Source of the DNA: Bacteroidia bacterium
GTDB lineage: Bacteria > Bacteroidota > Bacteroidia > Bacteroidales > VadinHA17
DNA: 47,746 nucleotides
Assembly: GCA_026391215.1 (NCBI GenBank)
Contig: JAPLDX010000091.1
Coordinates: 1-47,746 of the forward strand
Reading direction: 5' to 3'
Part shown: positions 26,771 to 36,831 of the stretch, one piece after another
Layout of the letters: each line of letters begins with the position of its first letter
Numbering within the stretch: the first letter of the stretch is position 1
The notes under the pieces: model-generated
Database searches by the model: none
Seen by the model: the letters and a program-made list of their open reading frames with translations, nothing else
What the model was told of the DNA's origin: nothing
Made by a program: the position numbers and the translations under genes

Positions 26771-29700
26771 ATGAAAGAAAATGAATTGGCCGCCCTTTTT
26801 GACAGCCATCCTGTTCTCACAGGATTGACGGAATCATTAGGCACATCCGGGGTGGAAAGGATCAGCGTTGAAGGCTTGTCAGGATCTTCAAAATCAATAG
26901 CTGTTGCCAGGATCTTCCTGAAGACCCAGTATACACATATAGTAATTATTCCTGAAAAGGAAGATGCGGCGTACTTTTATAATGATCTCGTTTCGCTGAC
27001 CGGAGAAGATTCGGTGTTCTTCTTCCCATCAACATACAAGCGATCCGTTCAATATGAACAAACAGAACCTGCAAATATTGTTCTCCGGACAGAGGTTCTG
27101 AATCACCTGGCTTCAGGAAAAAGAAAAGGGATAATCGTCACCTATCCTGAATCGGTAATGGAAAAAGTAATAAGCCGGAGAAACCTCAAGAAAAACACTT
27201 TCAATATTACTAAAGGGGATAAGCTTTCACTTGAATTCCTTGAGGAGGTCCTGCATGAATATAATTTTAAACGGGTTGATTTTGTTTACGAACCCGGACA
27301 GTATGCAATAAGAGGTAGTATTGCTGATGTCTTCTCCTATTCAGCTGATCTTCCTTACAGGATTGATTTTTTTGGTGAAGAGGTCGATTCTATCAGAACC
27401 TTTAATACAGACGACCAGTTATCCCTGAATATACAGAAACAAATATCCGTAATTCCCAATATCCAGGATATTTCAATAGAAGAATTAAGTGATTCATTTA
27501 CCGATTTTCTGACTCCCTCATCAGTAATATGGATTGAGGATGCAGTATACATAAGGGAAAAAATAAACAGTATCTATAATCAGACAGTCCAGCGGGAAGA
27601 GTCGGGACAGATTGCCGGGAAAATGGATCTAATTATGACAGGGACCCGGTTCCTGGATGAATGTGAAAAATTCAGGATTGTTGAATTCGGAAAGACAACA
27701 CTCCATGAAACGGCATTACAATTTACCTTTCATACTGAACCTCAGCCTGTATTCAACAAGAACTTTGAGCTTCTCTCCGAAAAGCTGGTATCGAATAACA
27801 TTAGCAGTTATGTTACTTTTTTGATCTCTGAGAGTCAGTCACAGATCGATAGGCTAAGGGATATTTTTGCAGAAATAAATCCTGATGTGAATTTCAATGC
27901 CCTGTTGCTTAACCTTCACGGAGGCTTCACTGACCATGACCTGAAAATATCGGTATTTACTGATCATCAGATATTTGACAGGTACCACAAATTCAGGATA
28001 AGAGGTTATTTCACCAGGAAAGAAAGCATTTCTGTAAAAGAGCTTACAGGATTGAATCCGGGAGATTATGTTGTGCATGTTGACCATGGCATAGGAAAAT
28101 TCGGGGGTCTTGAAAAAATTGAGGTGAACGGGAAGATCCAGGAGGCTATCAAGCTGGTTTACAGGGATAATGATACTCTTTATGTCGGTATTCATTCGCT
28201 CCACAGGATATCCAAATACAAAGGGAAAGAGAGCTCAGAACCAAAGATATACAAGCTTGGATCAGGTGCCTGGCAGAAGCTTAAGCAAAGCACCAAGAGC
28301 AGGGTTAAAGACATTGCAAAGGACCTGATAAAACTATATGCGGAGAGGATGTCATCAGGCGGATATGCATTTTCACCTGACTCATACCTGCAGCGGGAGC
28401 TTGAAGCATCTTTTATTTATGAAGATACTCCTGATCAGCTTACTGCAACTCGTGCAATAAAGGAGGATATGGAGGCTTCGCACCCGATGGACCGCCTGGT
28501 CTGCGGGGATGTAGGCTTCGGTAAAACTGAGGTTGCTGTAAGGGCAGCATTCAAGTCGGCTTCTGACAGCAAGCAGACTGCAATCCTGGTGCCAACAACT
28601 ATCCTGGCCCTTCAGCATTACAAGACATTTTCTTCACGTCTGAAAAATTTCCCATGTACAGTAGAATACTTTACCCGCCATAAAAAACCTGCAGAACAGA
28701 AAAGGATCATATCTCAGCTGGCAGAAGGGAAAATAGATGTTATCATCGGAACACACAAGCTTGTCGGACCGGGTATTAGTTTCAAGGATCTTGGATTGCT
28801 GATAATTGATGAAGAACAGCGGTTTGGAGTCTCGGTAAAAGAAAAGCTGAAAAAGCTGAAGACAAACGTTGATACGCTCACCCTTACAGCCACTCCAATT
28901 CCGCGCACCTTACAATTTTCACTTATGGGGGCCCGGGATCTTTCAATAATAAATACGCCTCCGCCAAACAGAATGCCTATTGTTACTGAATTACATGGAT
29001 TTAACGAGGAAATAATCAGGGAAGGCATTGAATATGAGGTATCAAGGAACGGACAGGTCTTCATTATTCATAACCGGGTTGAAAACATAAAGGAGGTACA
29101 GGCAAAGATCCAGCGTATTTGTCCAAATGTTAAAACCGCAGTTGTTCATGGCAAAATGTCCGGAATGGATATTGAAAATGTTATGTTCGATTTTATCCAG
29201 GGTGATTATGATGTGCTGATTGCCACAACTATCATTGAATCAGGACTTGATATTCCTAATGCCAATACCATCTTCATTAATGAGGCTCATCATTTCGGTT
29301 TGTCAGAGCTGCATCAACTTAGAGGAAGGGTTGGAAGATCAAATAAAAAAGCATTCTGTTATCTGCTGGCGCCTCCGATGGATTCACTTACGCATGAAGC
29401 CAGACGAAGACTAAAAGCCATAGAAGAATTTGCTGAGCTTGGAAGCGGATTCAATATTGCCATGCAGGATCTTGATATAAGGGGATCAGGAAATCTTCTT
29501 GGCGGGGAACAGAGCGGATTCATTGCCGATGTGGGCTTTGAGACATATCAGAGAATATTGAATGAAGCTATGGCAGAAATAAGAGAGACTGAAATGGCAG
29601 ACTCCGGTATCAGCGGCAAAAAAGATGAAAAATTTCAACCGGAACAAAAGGATAAATCATATGTTTCTGATTTTCAGATTGATACTGATCTGGAAATAAT

Positions 29701-30133
29701 GTTCCCTGATGAATATGTTTCAAGCATTTCAGAAAGGATAAGGTTATACAGGGAACTGAATGAGATTGAGAATGAAGATCTGCTGAAGAAATTTGAGACC
29801 AGGCTTACTGACAGATTCGGTCCTGTTCCACAGACAGCAATGGAGCTGCTTGATATTGTCAGGCTTAAATGGATTGCTGTCAAACTTGGCATTGAGAAAA
29901 TATTGCTTAAGAATAATCTCCTGATAGCCTATTTTATCTCAGATCCAAAATCATCTTTTTACAGGAGCCAGCTGTTTGTATCAATAATGAATTATGTCAA
30001 CCGGCACCAGAAGCAGATGAGTGTCAAACAGAAGGAGTCAAAGCTGAGCGTTACTGTCACAGGGATCAGCTCTGTCAAATCTGCAATTCAGATACTGAAT
30101 GGTATAACGGAGAGTATTGATGCTACTAATTAA
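26771..30133 (+). CDS. mfd: Transcription-repair coupling factor
   Basis: 1120 aa. UvrB-like N-terminus, PGDYVVHVDHGIG RID, GDVGFGKTE, DEEQRFG, TATPIPRT, LHQLRGRVGR, QDLDIRGSGNLLG. Confidence 0.98.
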   Translation: MKENELAALFDSHPVLTGLTESLGTSGVERISVEGLSGSSKSIAVARIFLKTQYTHIVIIPEKEDAAYFYNDLVSLTGEDSVFFFPSTYKRSVQYEQTEPANIVLRTEVLNHLASGKRKGIIVTYPESVMEKVISRRNLKKNTFNITKGDKLSLEFLEEVLHEYNFKRVDFVYEPGQYAIRGSIADVFSYSADLPYRIDFFGEEVDSIRTFNTDDQLSLNIQKQISVIPNIQDISIEELSDSFTDFLTPSSVIWIEDAVYIREKINSIYNQTVQREESGQIAGKMDLIMTGTRFLDECEKFRIVEFGKTTLHETALQFTFHTEPQPVFNKNFELLSEKLVSNNISSYVTFLISESQSQIDRLRDIFAEINPDVNFNALLLNLHGGFTDHDLKISVFTDHQIFDRYHKFRIRGYFTRKESISVKELTGLNPGDYVVHVDHGIGKFGGLEKIEVNGKIQEAIKLVYRDNDTLYVGIHSLHRISKYKGKESSEPKIYKLGSGAWQKLKQSTKSRVKDIAKDLIKLYAERMSSGGYAFSPDSYLQRELEASFIYEDTPDQLTATRAIKEDMEASHPMDRLVCGDVGFGKTEVAVRAAFKSASDSKQTAILVPTTILALQHYKTFSSRLKNFPCTVEYFTRHKKPAEQKRIISQLAEGKIDVIIGTHKLVGPGISFKDLGLLIIDEEQRFGVSVKEKLKKLKTNVDTLTLTATPIPRTLQFSLMGARDLSIINTPPPNRMPIVTELHGFNEEIIREGIEYEVSRNGQVFIIHNRVENIKEVQAKIQRICPNVKTAVVHGKMSGMDIENVMFDFIQGDYDVLIATTIIESGLDIPNANTIFINEAHHFGLSELHQLRGRVGRSNKKAFCYLLAPPMDSLTHEARRRLKAIEEFAELGSGFNIAMQDLDIRGSGNLLGGEQSGFIADVGFETYQRILNEAMAEIRETEMADSGISGKKDEKFQPEQKDKSYVSDFQIDTDLEIMFPDEYVSSISERIRLYRELNEIENEDLLKKFETRLTDRFGPVPQTAMELLDIVRLKWIAVKLGIEKILLKNNLLIAYFISDPKSSFYRSQLFVSIMNYVNRHQKQMSVKQKESKLSVTVTGISSVKSAIQILNGITESIDATN

Positions 30134-30140
30134 ATAACAC

Positions 30141-30256
30141 GTACTCACCCCCCATCCCCCTCTCTACTACGTAAAGAGGGGGCGATAACATACAATATAT
30201 CAATGCTTTCCCCCTCTTTGCTTCAGCAGAGAGGGGGAAAAGAAGGGGGTGAGTAC
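30141..30256. repeat. REPIN/MITE-like inverted doublet of hairpins
   Basis: Ends gtactcacccc ... ggggtgagtac are inverted complements, and each arm holds a ccccctct...agaggggg hairpin. It starts 7 nt after the mfd stop. Confidence 0.8.
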
Positions 30257-30291
30257 ATGAAGTATCTTAGACACTTTTAACTTCTTTTTCT

Positions 30292-30299
30292 TACCTTTG
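30292..30299 (+). promoter_or_regulatory. Bacteroidota -7 promoter box for the coaX operon
   Basis: TACCTTTG matches TAnnTTTG and supports a start at ATG 30318 rather than TTG 30297. Confidence 0.55.
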
Positions 30300-30317
30300 T
30301 ATTTTATTCATATTGCT

Positions 30318-31046
30318 ATGAACCTGATATTTGACATTGGCAACACCAGCACCAAGATGGCTTTGTTTGAGGGGAGAAAAAAGGTGACCTCTCTCCGGAC
30401 CAAACAGTTCAACTGCGAAAAGTTGCAGAAAATCTTTGAATCCTATCTTAAGAAAATTGATAAGGCAATAATCTCTTCAGTAAGAGATACTCCTGATTTT
30501 ATTATTGATCTGGCAACAATGGGAATACCATATGTTCATATTCTTACTTACCAATCGAAACTTCCTTTCAAAATTGAATATGAAACACCGGAGACGCTGG
30601 GGCCTGACAGGATTGCAGCTGTAGCAGGTGCATTCTCATTATTCCCTGGAAAGAAAGTGCTTATCATTGATACAGGAAGTGCTGTCACATATGAGTATCT
30701 GTCCGGAAAGACCTATAAAGGTGGAAACATATCGCCTGGCTTAAGTATGAGATTCCGGGCTTTACATAAGTTCACAAGAAAGCTGCCACTGGCTTCCACT
30801 ACAGAAAAATATTCTCCAATTGGCAGGAATACTCATGAAGCTATAACCGCCGGTGTAATCAATGGGATGATTTATGAAATAAATGAGTATATTCGCACGT
30901 TTAAAAATAAGCATACCGGCATTAAAGTGATTCTTACGGGCGGAGACGCAGGTTACTTAAAAGACAGAATTAATCATAAAGTCACTTATATGCCTGATAT
31001 TGTGATTGATGGGTTAAACTATATTTTGGAGTACAATGCAAAATAA
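30318..31046 (+). CDS. coaX: Type III pantothenate kinase
   Basis: MNLIFDIGNT, LGPDRI, IIDTGSAVT, GGNISPG, ILTGGD motifs. Confidence 0.96.
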   Translation: MNLIFDIGNTSTKMALFEGRKKVTSLRTKQFNCEKLQKIFESYLKKIDKAIISSVRDTPDFIIDLATMGIPYVHILTYQSKLPFKIEYETPETLGPDRIAAVAGAFSLFPGKKVLIIDTGSAVTYEYLSGKTYKGGNISPGLSMRFRALHKFTRKLPLASTTEKYSPIGRNTHEAITAGVINGMIYEINEYIRTFKNKHTGIKVILTGGDAGYLKDRINHKVTYMPDIVIDGLNYILEYNAK

Positions 31047-32316
31047 ACTGGCGTCATTAATAATAGTTTTCACATATTTACTTTCATTCTCTGTATCCGG
31101 ACAAAAACTTATCAATTCGCCCTATTCACGTTTTAATATCGGATCTCTTGAACCAGCCGGATCCTTCAGGAGCATTGGCATGGGAGGTGTCGGAACAGCA
31201 GTGAGGGACAACAGCTCTGTTTACTTCTTAAATCCTGCATCATACAGCAGCATTGATACGATTTCATTTATTTTTGATTTTGGCCTTGATTACGGAATAA
31301 ATTATCTGACTGAAGGCTCAAACCATCATTTCTCTGATGATATGAACTTTGACCATCTCCTGCTGGGATTCCCGGTGATAAAAGGGCTGGGCATTGCCGC
31401 CGGTTTAGTCCCTTTCAGCAATGGCTATTATAAAATAACTGAATCAGTCCTTAAAGGAGATCCGGGATATGATGCCATTACAGGTGAGTACATCTCTGCC
31501 CATACCGGTGAGGGTGGCTTTACAAAACTATTTCTGGGTTCAGGCGTGAACATCACAAAATACTTTTCTGCAGGAATCAATATGAACGTGATTTTCGGTA
31601 ATATCAGGAGATTAAATGAAATCGATTTTACAGATTATTATGGTATGTTCCATAATAATACTACTGAGAAGCTTCAACTGACCGGAATAAATCTTGAGTA
31701 TGGGGCACAGGCTATTGCACCTTTCAAAAATGGCTTTTATATTAATGCAGGCATGTCTTTCAGTACAGGAAAACATTATAATTCCAGATATGAGAAAGTA
31801 GGTTTTCTGTTTACTGCTTACAGTTCAGTAGATACATTGTTCAATTTTGCAGATTCAACGCGCGCTTATCTTCCGGGAGATATGAGGATGGGTATCTCCT
31901 TCGGCAAAAAAAACAAGTTTACGGCCGGATTTGATTATTCCGAATCAAAATGGTCCAAAGCAGTTATTTCGAGCACCGGAGGATATTTCAGCAATACTCG
32001 TTCATACAGGTTCGGGGCGGAATATATACCTGATAAATTCTCCAACTACAGCTACCTGAAGCAGATTGAATATCGTATAGGAGGACATATTGAAGATAGT
32101 TACCTGGTCATCAACGGTGAGCAGGTCAAAGAGTATGGTGTAAGCTGCGGTTTCGGATTGCCATTGAGGCGTACTTATTCTAAAGTCAATTTTTTCTTTG
32201 ATTATTCTAAGAAATACGGTTCTGGTATTTCAGGACTACATACAGAAAATATTTTTACTGTGGGTGCAAGTCTGAACCTGTATGATCACTGGTTCCTGAA
32301 ACGCAAATATGATTGA
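31036..32316 (+). CDS. Outer membrane beta-barrel protein (OmpP1/FadL-like, commonly found downstream of coaX in Bacteroidota)
   Basis: Signal peptide, NSPYSRFNIG...SIGMGG...NPASYS N-terminal motif, amphipathic beta strands. Confidence 0.7.
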   Translation: MQNKLASLIIVFTYLLSFSVSGQKLINSPYSRFNIGSLEPAGSFRSIGMGGVGTAVRDNSSVYFLNPASYSSIDTISFIFDFGLDYGINYLTEGSNHHFSDDMNFDHLLLGFPVIKGLGIAAGLVPFSNGYYKITESVLKGDPGYDAITGEYISAHTGEGGFTKLFLGSGVNITKYFSAGINMNVIFGNIRRLNEIDFTDYYGMFHNNTTEKLQLTGINLEYGAQAIAPFKNGFYINAGMSFSTGKHYNSRYEKVGFLFTAYSSVDTLFNFADSTRAYLPGDMRMGISFGKKNKFTAGFDYSESKWSKAVISSTGGYFSNTRSYRFGAEYIPDKFSNYSYLKQIEYRIGGHIEDSYLVINGEQVKEYGVSCGFGLPLRRTYSKVNFFFDYSKKYGSGISGLHTENIFTVGASLNLYDHWFLKRKYD

Positions 32317-32872
32317 TCCGGTTAAATCATACAGAAATACAAAATTATCCTGCCTGCTATTGGCAGCTGTTCTCTTGAACTCATGTCAGGGGAAAGTTGA
32401 AAAGATTGTTGATTTTGAAATACTATCGCTTCCCTCACTTACCGGAAAGAATATAAATACTGTATTCACCGATTCGGGTAAAGTTCAGCTGGTAATGTCC
32501 GCACCAATAATGGAAAAGTGGGATAATTATGAATCTCCTTTTTCGGAATTCAGGCTGGGGATGAAAATCGCATTTCATGACGGACACAAAGAGCCTATTG
32601 CCACCGCATCATCAAAATATGCAAAATTTTTTGTCGAGGAGAACCTGTGGGAGCTGGACGATTCAGTGGTAATCGTTAATGAATCAGGCGACAAGCTTGA
32701 AACCGAACAACTGTTCTGGAACCAGGATAAAAACCTTGTATATACAGACAGGTTTGTCAAAATTACAAATGAGGACCAGACGGTAATGGGCACCGGATTT
32801 GAATCAGATCCCCAGCTTACCAGGAGAAGAATAAAGAATGTTACCGCAACAATATATCTTCAAGATGAATAA
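32309..32872 (+). CDS. lptC: LPS export periplasmic protein LptC
   Basis: Lipobox LNSC, FTDSGKVQ, KLETEQLFWNQD...VYTDRFVKI...GTGFESD pattern; the coaX-lptC-gldE context fits. Confidence 0.85.
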   Translation: MIDPVKSYRNTKLSCLLLAAVLLNSCQGKVEKIVDFEILSLPSLTGKNINTVFTDSGKVQLVMSAPIMEKWDNYESPFSEFRLGMKIAFHDGHKEPIATASSKYAKFFVEENLWELDDSVVIVNESGDKLETEQLFWNQDKNLVYTDRFVKITNEDQTVMGTGFESDPQLTRRRIKNVTATIYLQDE

Positions 32873-33047
32873 AAGATTCCTGCTTATTTTTGAGATAATA
32901 TGGATCATCACCGGAATATTGTGCATTGTAGCCGGAATAATGTACATTATTAGAGACAGCGGTAATAAATTTTACTTATTCCCCATATTGGCTCTCATCT
33001 CTTTTGTCTTTGCCTGGCTCAGGCACAGGGAGCGAAAAAAAGATTAA
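32865..33047 (+). CDS. Small two-TM membrane protein
   Basis: 60 aa from an ATG overlapping the lptC stop. Two hydrophobic segments and a basic C-tail; it fills the operon gap exactly. Confidence 0.7.
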   Translation: MNKRFLLIFEIIWIITGILCIVAGIMYIIRDSGNKFYLFPILALISFVFAWLRHRERKKD

Positions 33048-33056
33048 CTTTGCTGT

Positions 33057-34316
33057 ATGAGCGGAATACTGGTCATACTCATAGCAATCTTATTTTGTGC
33101 ATTTTTCTCGGGTATGGAGATAGCATATATCTCTTCAAATAAATTACGGCTGGAGCTTGACATTAAACAGGGTGACTTCAATTCCGGAATCCTGAAATTT
33201 TTTGCAAAAAATCCTGGTCAGTATATTGCTACCATGCTTGTGGGTAATAATGTCGCCCTGGTTATTTATGGTATTTTCTTTTCAAGATTATTGAATCCTG
33301 TCCTTATTCCTCTTTTTGGTTCTGATCTTCTGGTACTAATTGTTAACACAATAATTTCAACAGCCGTCATCCTTTTTGTAGCAGAATTTCTTCCTAAAAC
33401 GACAGTTATTCTTGCTCCTAATTCCTTTCTGAAAACATTAAGCCTGCCAACTCTGGTTTTCTTCTGGTTGTTCTACCCTGTCAGTAAGTTTGCCCTTCTG
33501 GCCTCAAATCTGCTGATAAGAATATTTTCTAAGAATAAGCCGGTCTCAAGGCCTCATGAAAACATTGTCTTCAGCAAAGTTGATCTCGACCATTTTGTAA
33601 GTCAGAGCAGAGAGAGGGATGAGTCAGCAGCGCCGCAGCACCACAACATAAAAATATTTCAGAATGCTCTTGATTTCTCCTCGGTAAAGCTTAGGGAATG
33701 CATGGTACCAAGGACCGAGATTGAGGCTGTTGAGTGTAACAGTTCAATTGCTGATTTAAAAGAGAGGTTCATTGAAACCCAGCACTCCAGGATCCTGGTA
33801 TTTCAGGAATCGATTGATAATATAATCGGCTATTTTGATCTTAAAGACATCTTCAGAAATCCTCCTGATATCAAATCGAGTATCAGGAAGCTGGCAATTG
33901 TTCCTGAGACAATGGCCGCTAACAAGCTTCTGAAAGTATTTGTTGATGAGAAGAAGAACGTGGCTCTTGTGGTTGATGAATTCGGAGGCACTTCAGGTAT
34001 AGTGACCATTGAAGATGTGCTTGAGGAAATAGTCGGAGATATTGAAGATGAACATGATACACAGGAGCTAATAGAAAAAGTCATCAGCAGGAATGAATAT
34101 ATTTTTTCCGGGCGCCTTGAAATAGATTACCTGAATGAAAAATATCACCTCCGCCTGCCGGAAGAAGATGATTATGAAACACTGGCAGGAATGATATTAT
34201 ACTTCCACGGTAGTATTCCAGGGAATAATGATATTATAAGGATAAAGAATCTTGTGTTCAGGATCCTGAAAGTATCATCAACCAGGGTTGAGCTTATAAA
34301 TATAAAGGTGGAATAA
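33057..34316 (+). CDS. Hemolysin/CNNM-CBS-CorC family protein (GldE/TlyC-like)
   Basis: FFSGMEIA CNNM start, MVPRTEI, HSRILVF, VVDEFGGTSGIVTIEDVLEEIVGDIEDEHD, YETLAG. Confidence 0.92.
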   Translation: MSGILVILIAILFCAFFSGMEIAYISSNKLRLELDIKQGDFNSGILKFFAKNPGQYIATMLVGNNVALVIYGIFFSRLLNPVLIPLFGSDLLVLIVNTIISTAVILFVAEFLPKTTVILAPNSFLKTLSLPTLVFFWLFYPVSKFALLASNLLIRIFSKNKPVSRPHENIVFSKVDLDHFVSQSRERDESAAPQHHNIKIFQNALDFSSVKLRECMVPRTEIEAVECNSSIADLKERFIETQHSRILVFQESIDNIIGYFDLKDIFRNPPDIKSSIRKLAIVPETMAANKLLKVFVDEKKNVALVVDEFGGTSGIVTIEDVLEEIVGDIEDEHDTQELIEKVISRNEYIFSGRLEIDYLNEKYHLRLPEEDDYETLAGMILYFHGSIPGNNDIIRIKNLVFRILKVSSTRVELINIKVE

Positions 34317-34320
34317 AGAA

Positions 34321-34357
34321 CCTCTCCCTAAATCCCTCCCCCAGGAGGGAGGGACTT
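34321..34357. repeat. Single REP-like hairpin between convergent genes (possible terminator)
   Basis: cctctccctaaatccctccc-cca-ggagggagggactt has the same ccctaaatccc...gggactt frame as the cassette end repeats. Confidence 0.7.
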
Positions 34358-34363
34358 AATATA

Positions 34364-35044
34364 CTAATATGATATTGTGACTATCCAGGCTCCGGGTTCG
34401 TTTATTGTTAGCCGGAGTTCACAGCTGATCATTGCAGTATACCAGGCATTCGGTGCTGTAAATGTGATCTTTCCCCAGAACGGGAATTCTACCTGTTCAT
34501 ACCCTGTAAAATCTGAGTTGGTTCTTTCTGAACCCGAACTGGATTGCATAAACAAGTTATTCATTGAATAGCTTTCTCCTCCGGCTCTGGAAAACTTATA
34601 CTTTACATAAGGCCTGTCTCCTACTTTAAAGCAGCTCACCCTGCCGATACCGGTTCTGTATTCGATTAAATAAGGAGGAGGTGTCTTTTTCCCCAGGAAT
34701 TTATCATTCTTCCATTCTCCCATCAGCACTGAATCTTTGTCGTGGTACTTAAATTCATATCTTCCATTCCCATGTCTGAGTCCATTCTTCCACTCCCCGG
34801 TGTAAATTGCACCATTGCTCCAGAGGTATGTACCTTCGCCTTCAGGCAATCCCTCAACAAATTCACCCTTATAAAAGTCCTCACCAGTTGCTTCACCTGA
34901 CCCATCTGCAAGTCCTGCCTTACAATCACCTGTGTACGTACCTTTAAGACCAGGCAGCAGAACCTGACAGATTGTCTGTGCACTCAGGTCACCGGCAAAT
35001 AAAAACGCCGTCATCAATCCTGTAAACAAAATTGTCCTTTTCAT
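34364..35044 (-). CDS. Exported MORN-repeat protein
   Basis: Signal peptide; YTGDCKAGLADGSG, YKGEFVEGLPEGEG and YTGEWKNGLRHGNG repeats. Confidence 0.85.
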   Translation of the reverse strand: MKRTILFTGLMTAFLFAGDLSAQTICQVLLPGLKGTYTGDCKAGLADGSGEATGEDFYKGEFVEGLPEGEGTYLWSNGAIYTGEWKNGLRHGNGRYEFKYHDKDSVLMGEWKNDKFLGKKTPPPYLIEYRTGIGRVSCFKVGDRPYVKYKFSRAGGESYSMNNLFMQSSSGSERTNSDFTGYEQVEFPFWGKITFTAPNAWYTAMISCELRLTINEPGAWIVTISY

Positions 35045-35065
35045 AGCTTTAAATTAATCCTTATA

Positions 35066-35073
35066 CAAAGCTA
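35066..35073 (-). promoter_or_regulatory. Bacteroidota -7 promoter box for the MORN gene
   Basis: Minus-strand TAGCTTTG, 21 nt before the ATG. Confidence 0.5.
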
Positions 35074-35082
35074 CATTATTTT

Positions 35083-35115
35083 AAAAAAAGAAGAGAGCCT
35101 TTTGAGCTCTCTTCT
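35083..35115 (-). terminator. Rho-independent terminator of susCD
   Basis: 10-bp stem agaagagagc/gctctcttct followed on the minus strand by a T tract, 21 nt after the susD stop. Confidence 0.85.
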
Positions 35116-35136
35116 GATATTAGTTAAACTTAAATA

Positions 35137-36825
35137 CTAATGAACATCTGTTTCAGTAGGGATAGGATTCTTCCTGGTGTTCCACCAGATCTGGCTTGTA
35201 GTGCCACTTGTGCTGAACATACCTTCGTTTCCTGCCTCAACACTCTGAGCTGCTTTTGTAGCAACAAGATTATCAGTATTATAGGTTTCCTCACTTAATG
35301 CATACTGCAATCTGACCGGAAGTCCAAGGTTCGGATAATAAGCACCTTCAAGTTCAAATTCGAAGATCCTTTCCGGGAAACCGGTCCTTCTGATCTCGCT
35401 GTAAGCCTGTACGCCCTGTCCGAACATTGCTGCCCATTTCTGTTCGCATATCTTCTGGAATTTGTGAGCATCATCTCCTCCCCATGCTACGAGCGGGTGA
35501 GCAAGATAAGTGGCATAGTCAACCGGGTAGGTGGTTGTACCGACAGTGATGTCATAAGCATAACCCCATGATGGTGCAACAGTACTACCATCATTCAGTC
35601 CCCATCTTTCCATCGATGCCTTGATGCCGTTTTCATAAGCAGTCTGTGCAGCAGCGTCATTGCTTACGCGTTTGTAGTACTCGGCTTTAATGAATTCAAC
35701 CTCATCATAGCACATTACATAAAGAGGGGCATACTCATCGAAAGCAACAGCTGTTCCGAGCGCAGAAATTTCGGGGAAAATAGCTGCAGTGATGCCGCGT
35801 CCATTCTGGAAACCAACGTAATCCAGCGGAGGGGTCTCAACTGAATTGGGTGTCGGCTGACCATAGATATGAAGTCTCGGGTCAACCCTTGCTTCCAGCC
35901 AGTCAACCATAGTCTCTGATATTGCCTGGTCTTTCCTGGCGTAGAGTGTGTTGAAAATAGGATTCTTGTATGGTTCTCCCGGATAATAAATTGCTGCATT
36001 ATCATCATTCGAATCAAATACCGGATAGTTTGACGGATCAGCAAGTATCTTGCCTATTTCAGTATCAGCTGCAGCCCAGGCTGCTCCCCCGGCTGTGGTT
36101 GTAACATCAGTCTGTGCACCTGCCATATCATAAGTAAATGTCCATGGCGTTCCTGCTGCGCGGTTCAATAATCTCAGCTTAAGTGAGTTTGCAAATTTCT
36201 TCCATAATCCGGGGTCGCCGCCATAAAGAAGATCTCCCGAGCCAAAATTAATAGTTGTACTGCCAAGAAGAACATTAGCTTCTTCGAGTTTGGCAAGCAG
36301 GGCAGCATAAACGCTTTCCTGGGTGTCATACTTGGGATGAAGTGTTCCTTCAGCGCTGAAACCTTGCATGGCTTCGGTATAAGGAATATCTCCAAAGAGA
36401 TCTGTCAGATACATGTAATTCCATACCTGCCAAACCTTGGCAGCTGCCAGGAGCCTGTCATTCTTATCCTTGATTGCTTTGGTTTCAACAATTGAAAGGT
36501 TCTTCAGTGCGCCTGTATAAGGAGCATTGAAATAACCTGACATATCACGGGGCATGTACCTGTCTTCGTCAATGTACTGGACTTTGCACCATTGCTGACA
36601 CCATACACCAAGGTAGGTGTGCTGGATCCAGTCGCCCATTTCAAGGCCAACGCCAGTACGAATTGCATTAGTGAAGACGTTTATAGCAGGAACGTCAACA
36701 GGATTGTTCGGGTCCTTGTTCAGTTCCTCAAAACCTTTGGTACAGGATGCGAGCAAACCCACTACCAGGAACAATCCCAATATAATTCTTTTTGATTTTA
36801 TAATATATTTCATAATTAGATGCAT
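35137..36825 (-). CDS. SusD/RagB family surface lipoprotein
   Basis: LLASCTKGFEELNKDPNNP lipoprotein start, LTDLFGDIPYTEA, PKYDTQESVY, WKKFANSLKLR, AYSEIRRTGFP. The real start may be Met5 (36813). Confidence 0.95.
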   Translation of the reverse strand: MHLIMKYIIKSKRIILGLFLVVGLLASCTKGFEELNKDPNNPVDVPAINVFTNAIRTGVGLEMGDWIQHTYLGVWCQQWCKVQYIDEDRYMPRDMSGYFNAPYTGALKNLSIVETKAIKDKNDRLLAAAKVWQVWNYMYLTDLFGDIPYTEAMQGFSAEGTLHPKYDTQESVYAALLAKLEEANVLLGSTTINFGSGDLLYGGDPGLWKKFANSLKLRLLNRAAGTPWTFTYDMAGAQTDVTTTAGGAAWAAADTEIGKILADPSNYPVFDSNDDNAAIYYPGEPYKNPIFNTLYARKDQAISETMVDWLEARVDPRLHIYGQPTPNSVETPPLDYVGFQNGRGITAAIFPEISALGTAVAFDEYAPLYVMCYDEVEFIKAEYYKRVSNDAAAQTAYENGIKASMERWGLNDGSTVAPSWGYAYDITVGTTTYPVDYATYLAHPLVAWGGDDAHKFQKICEQKWAAMFGQGVQAYSEIRRTGFPERIFEFELEGAYYPNLGLPVRLQYALSEETYNTDNLVATKAAQSVEAGNEGMFSTSGTTSQIWWNTRKNPIPTETDVH

Positions 36826-36831
36826 TTAAGG

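Noticed and set aside
30100-30290. Duplicated mfd 3' end beyond the hairpin doublet
   Set aside because: Only a few matching bases (gagta) and no convincing alignment.
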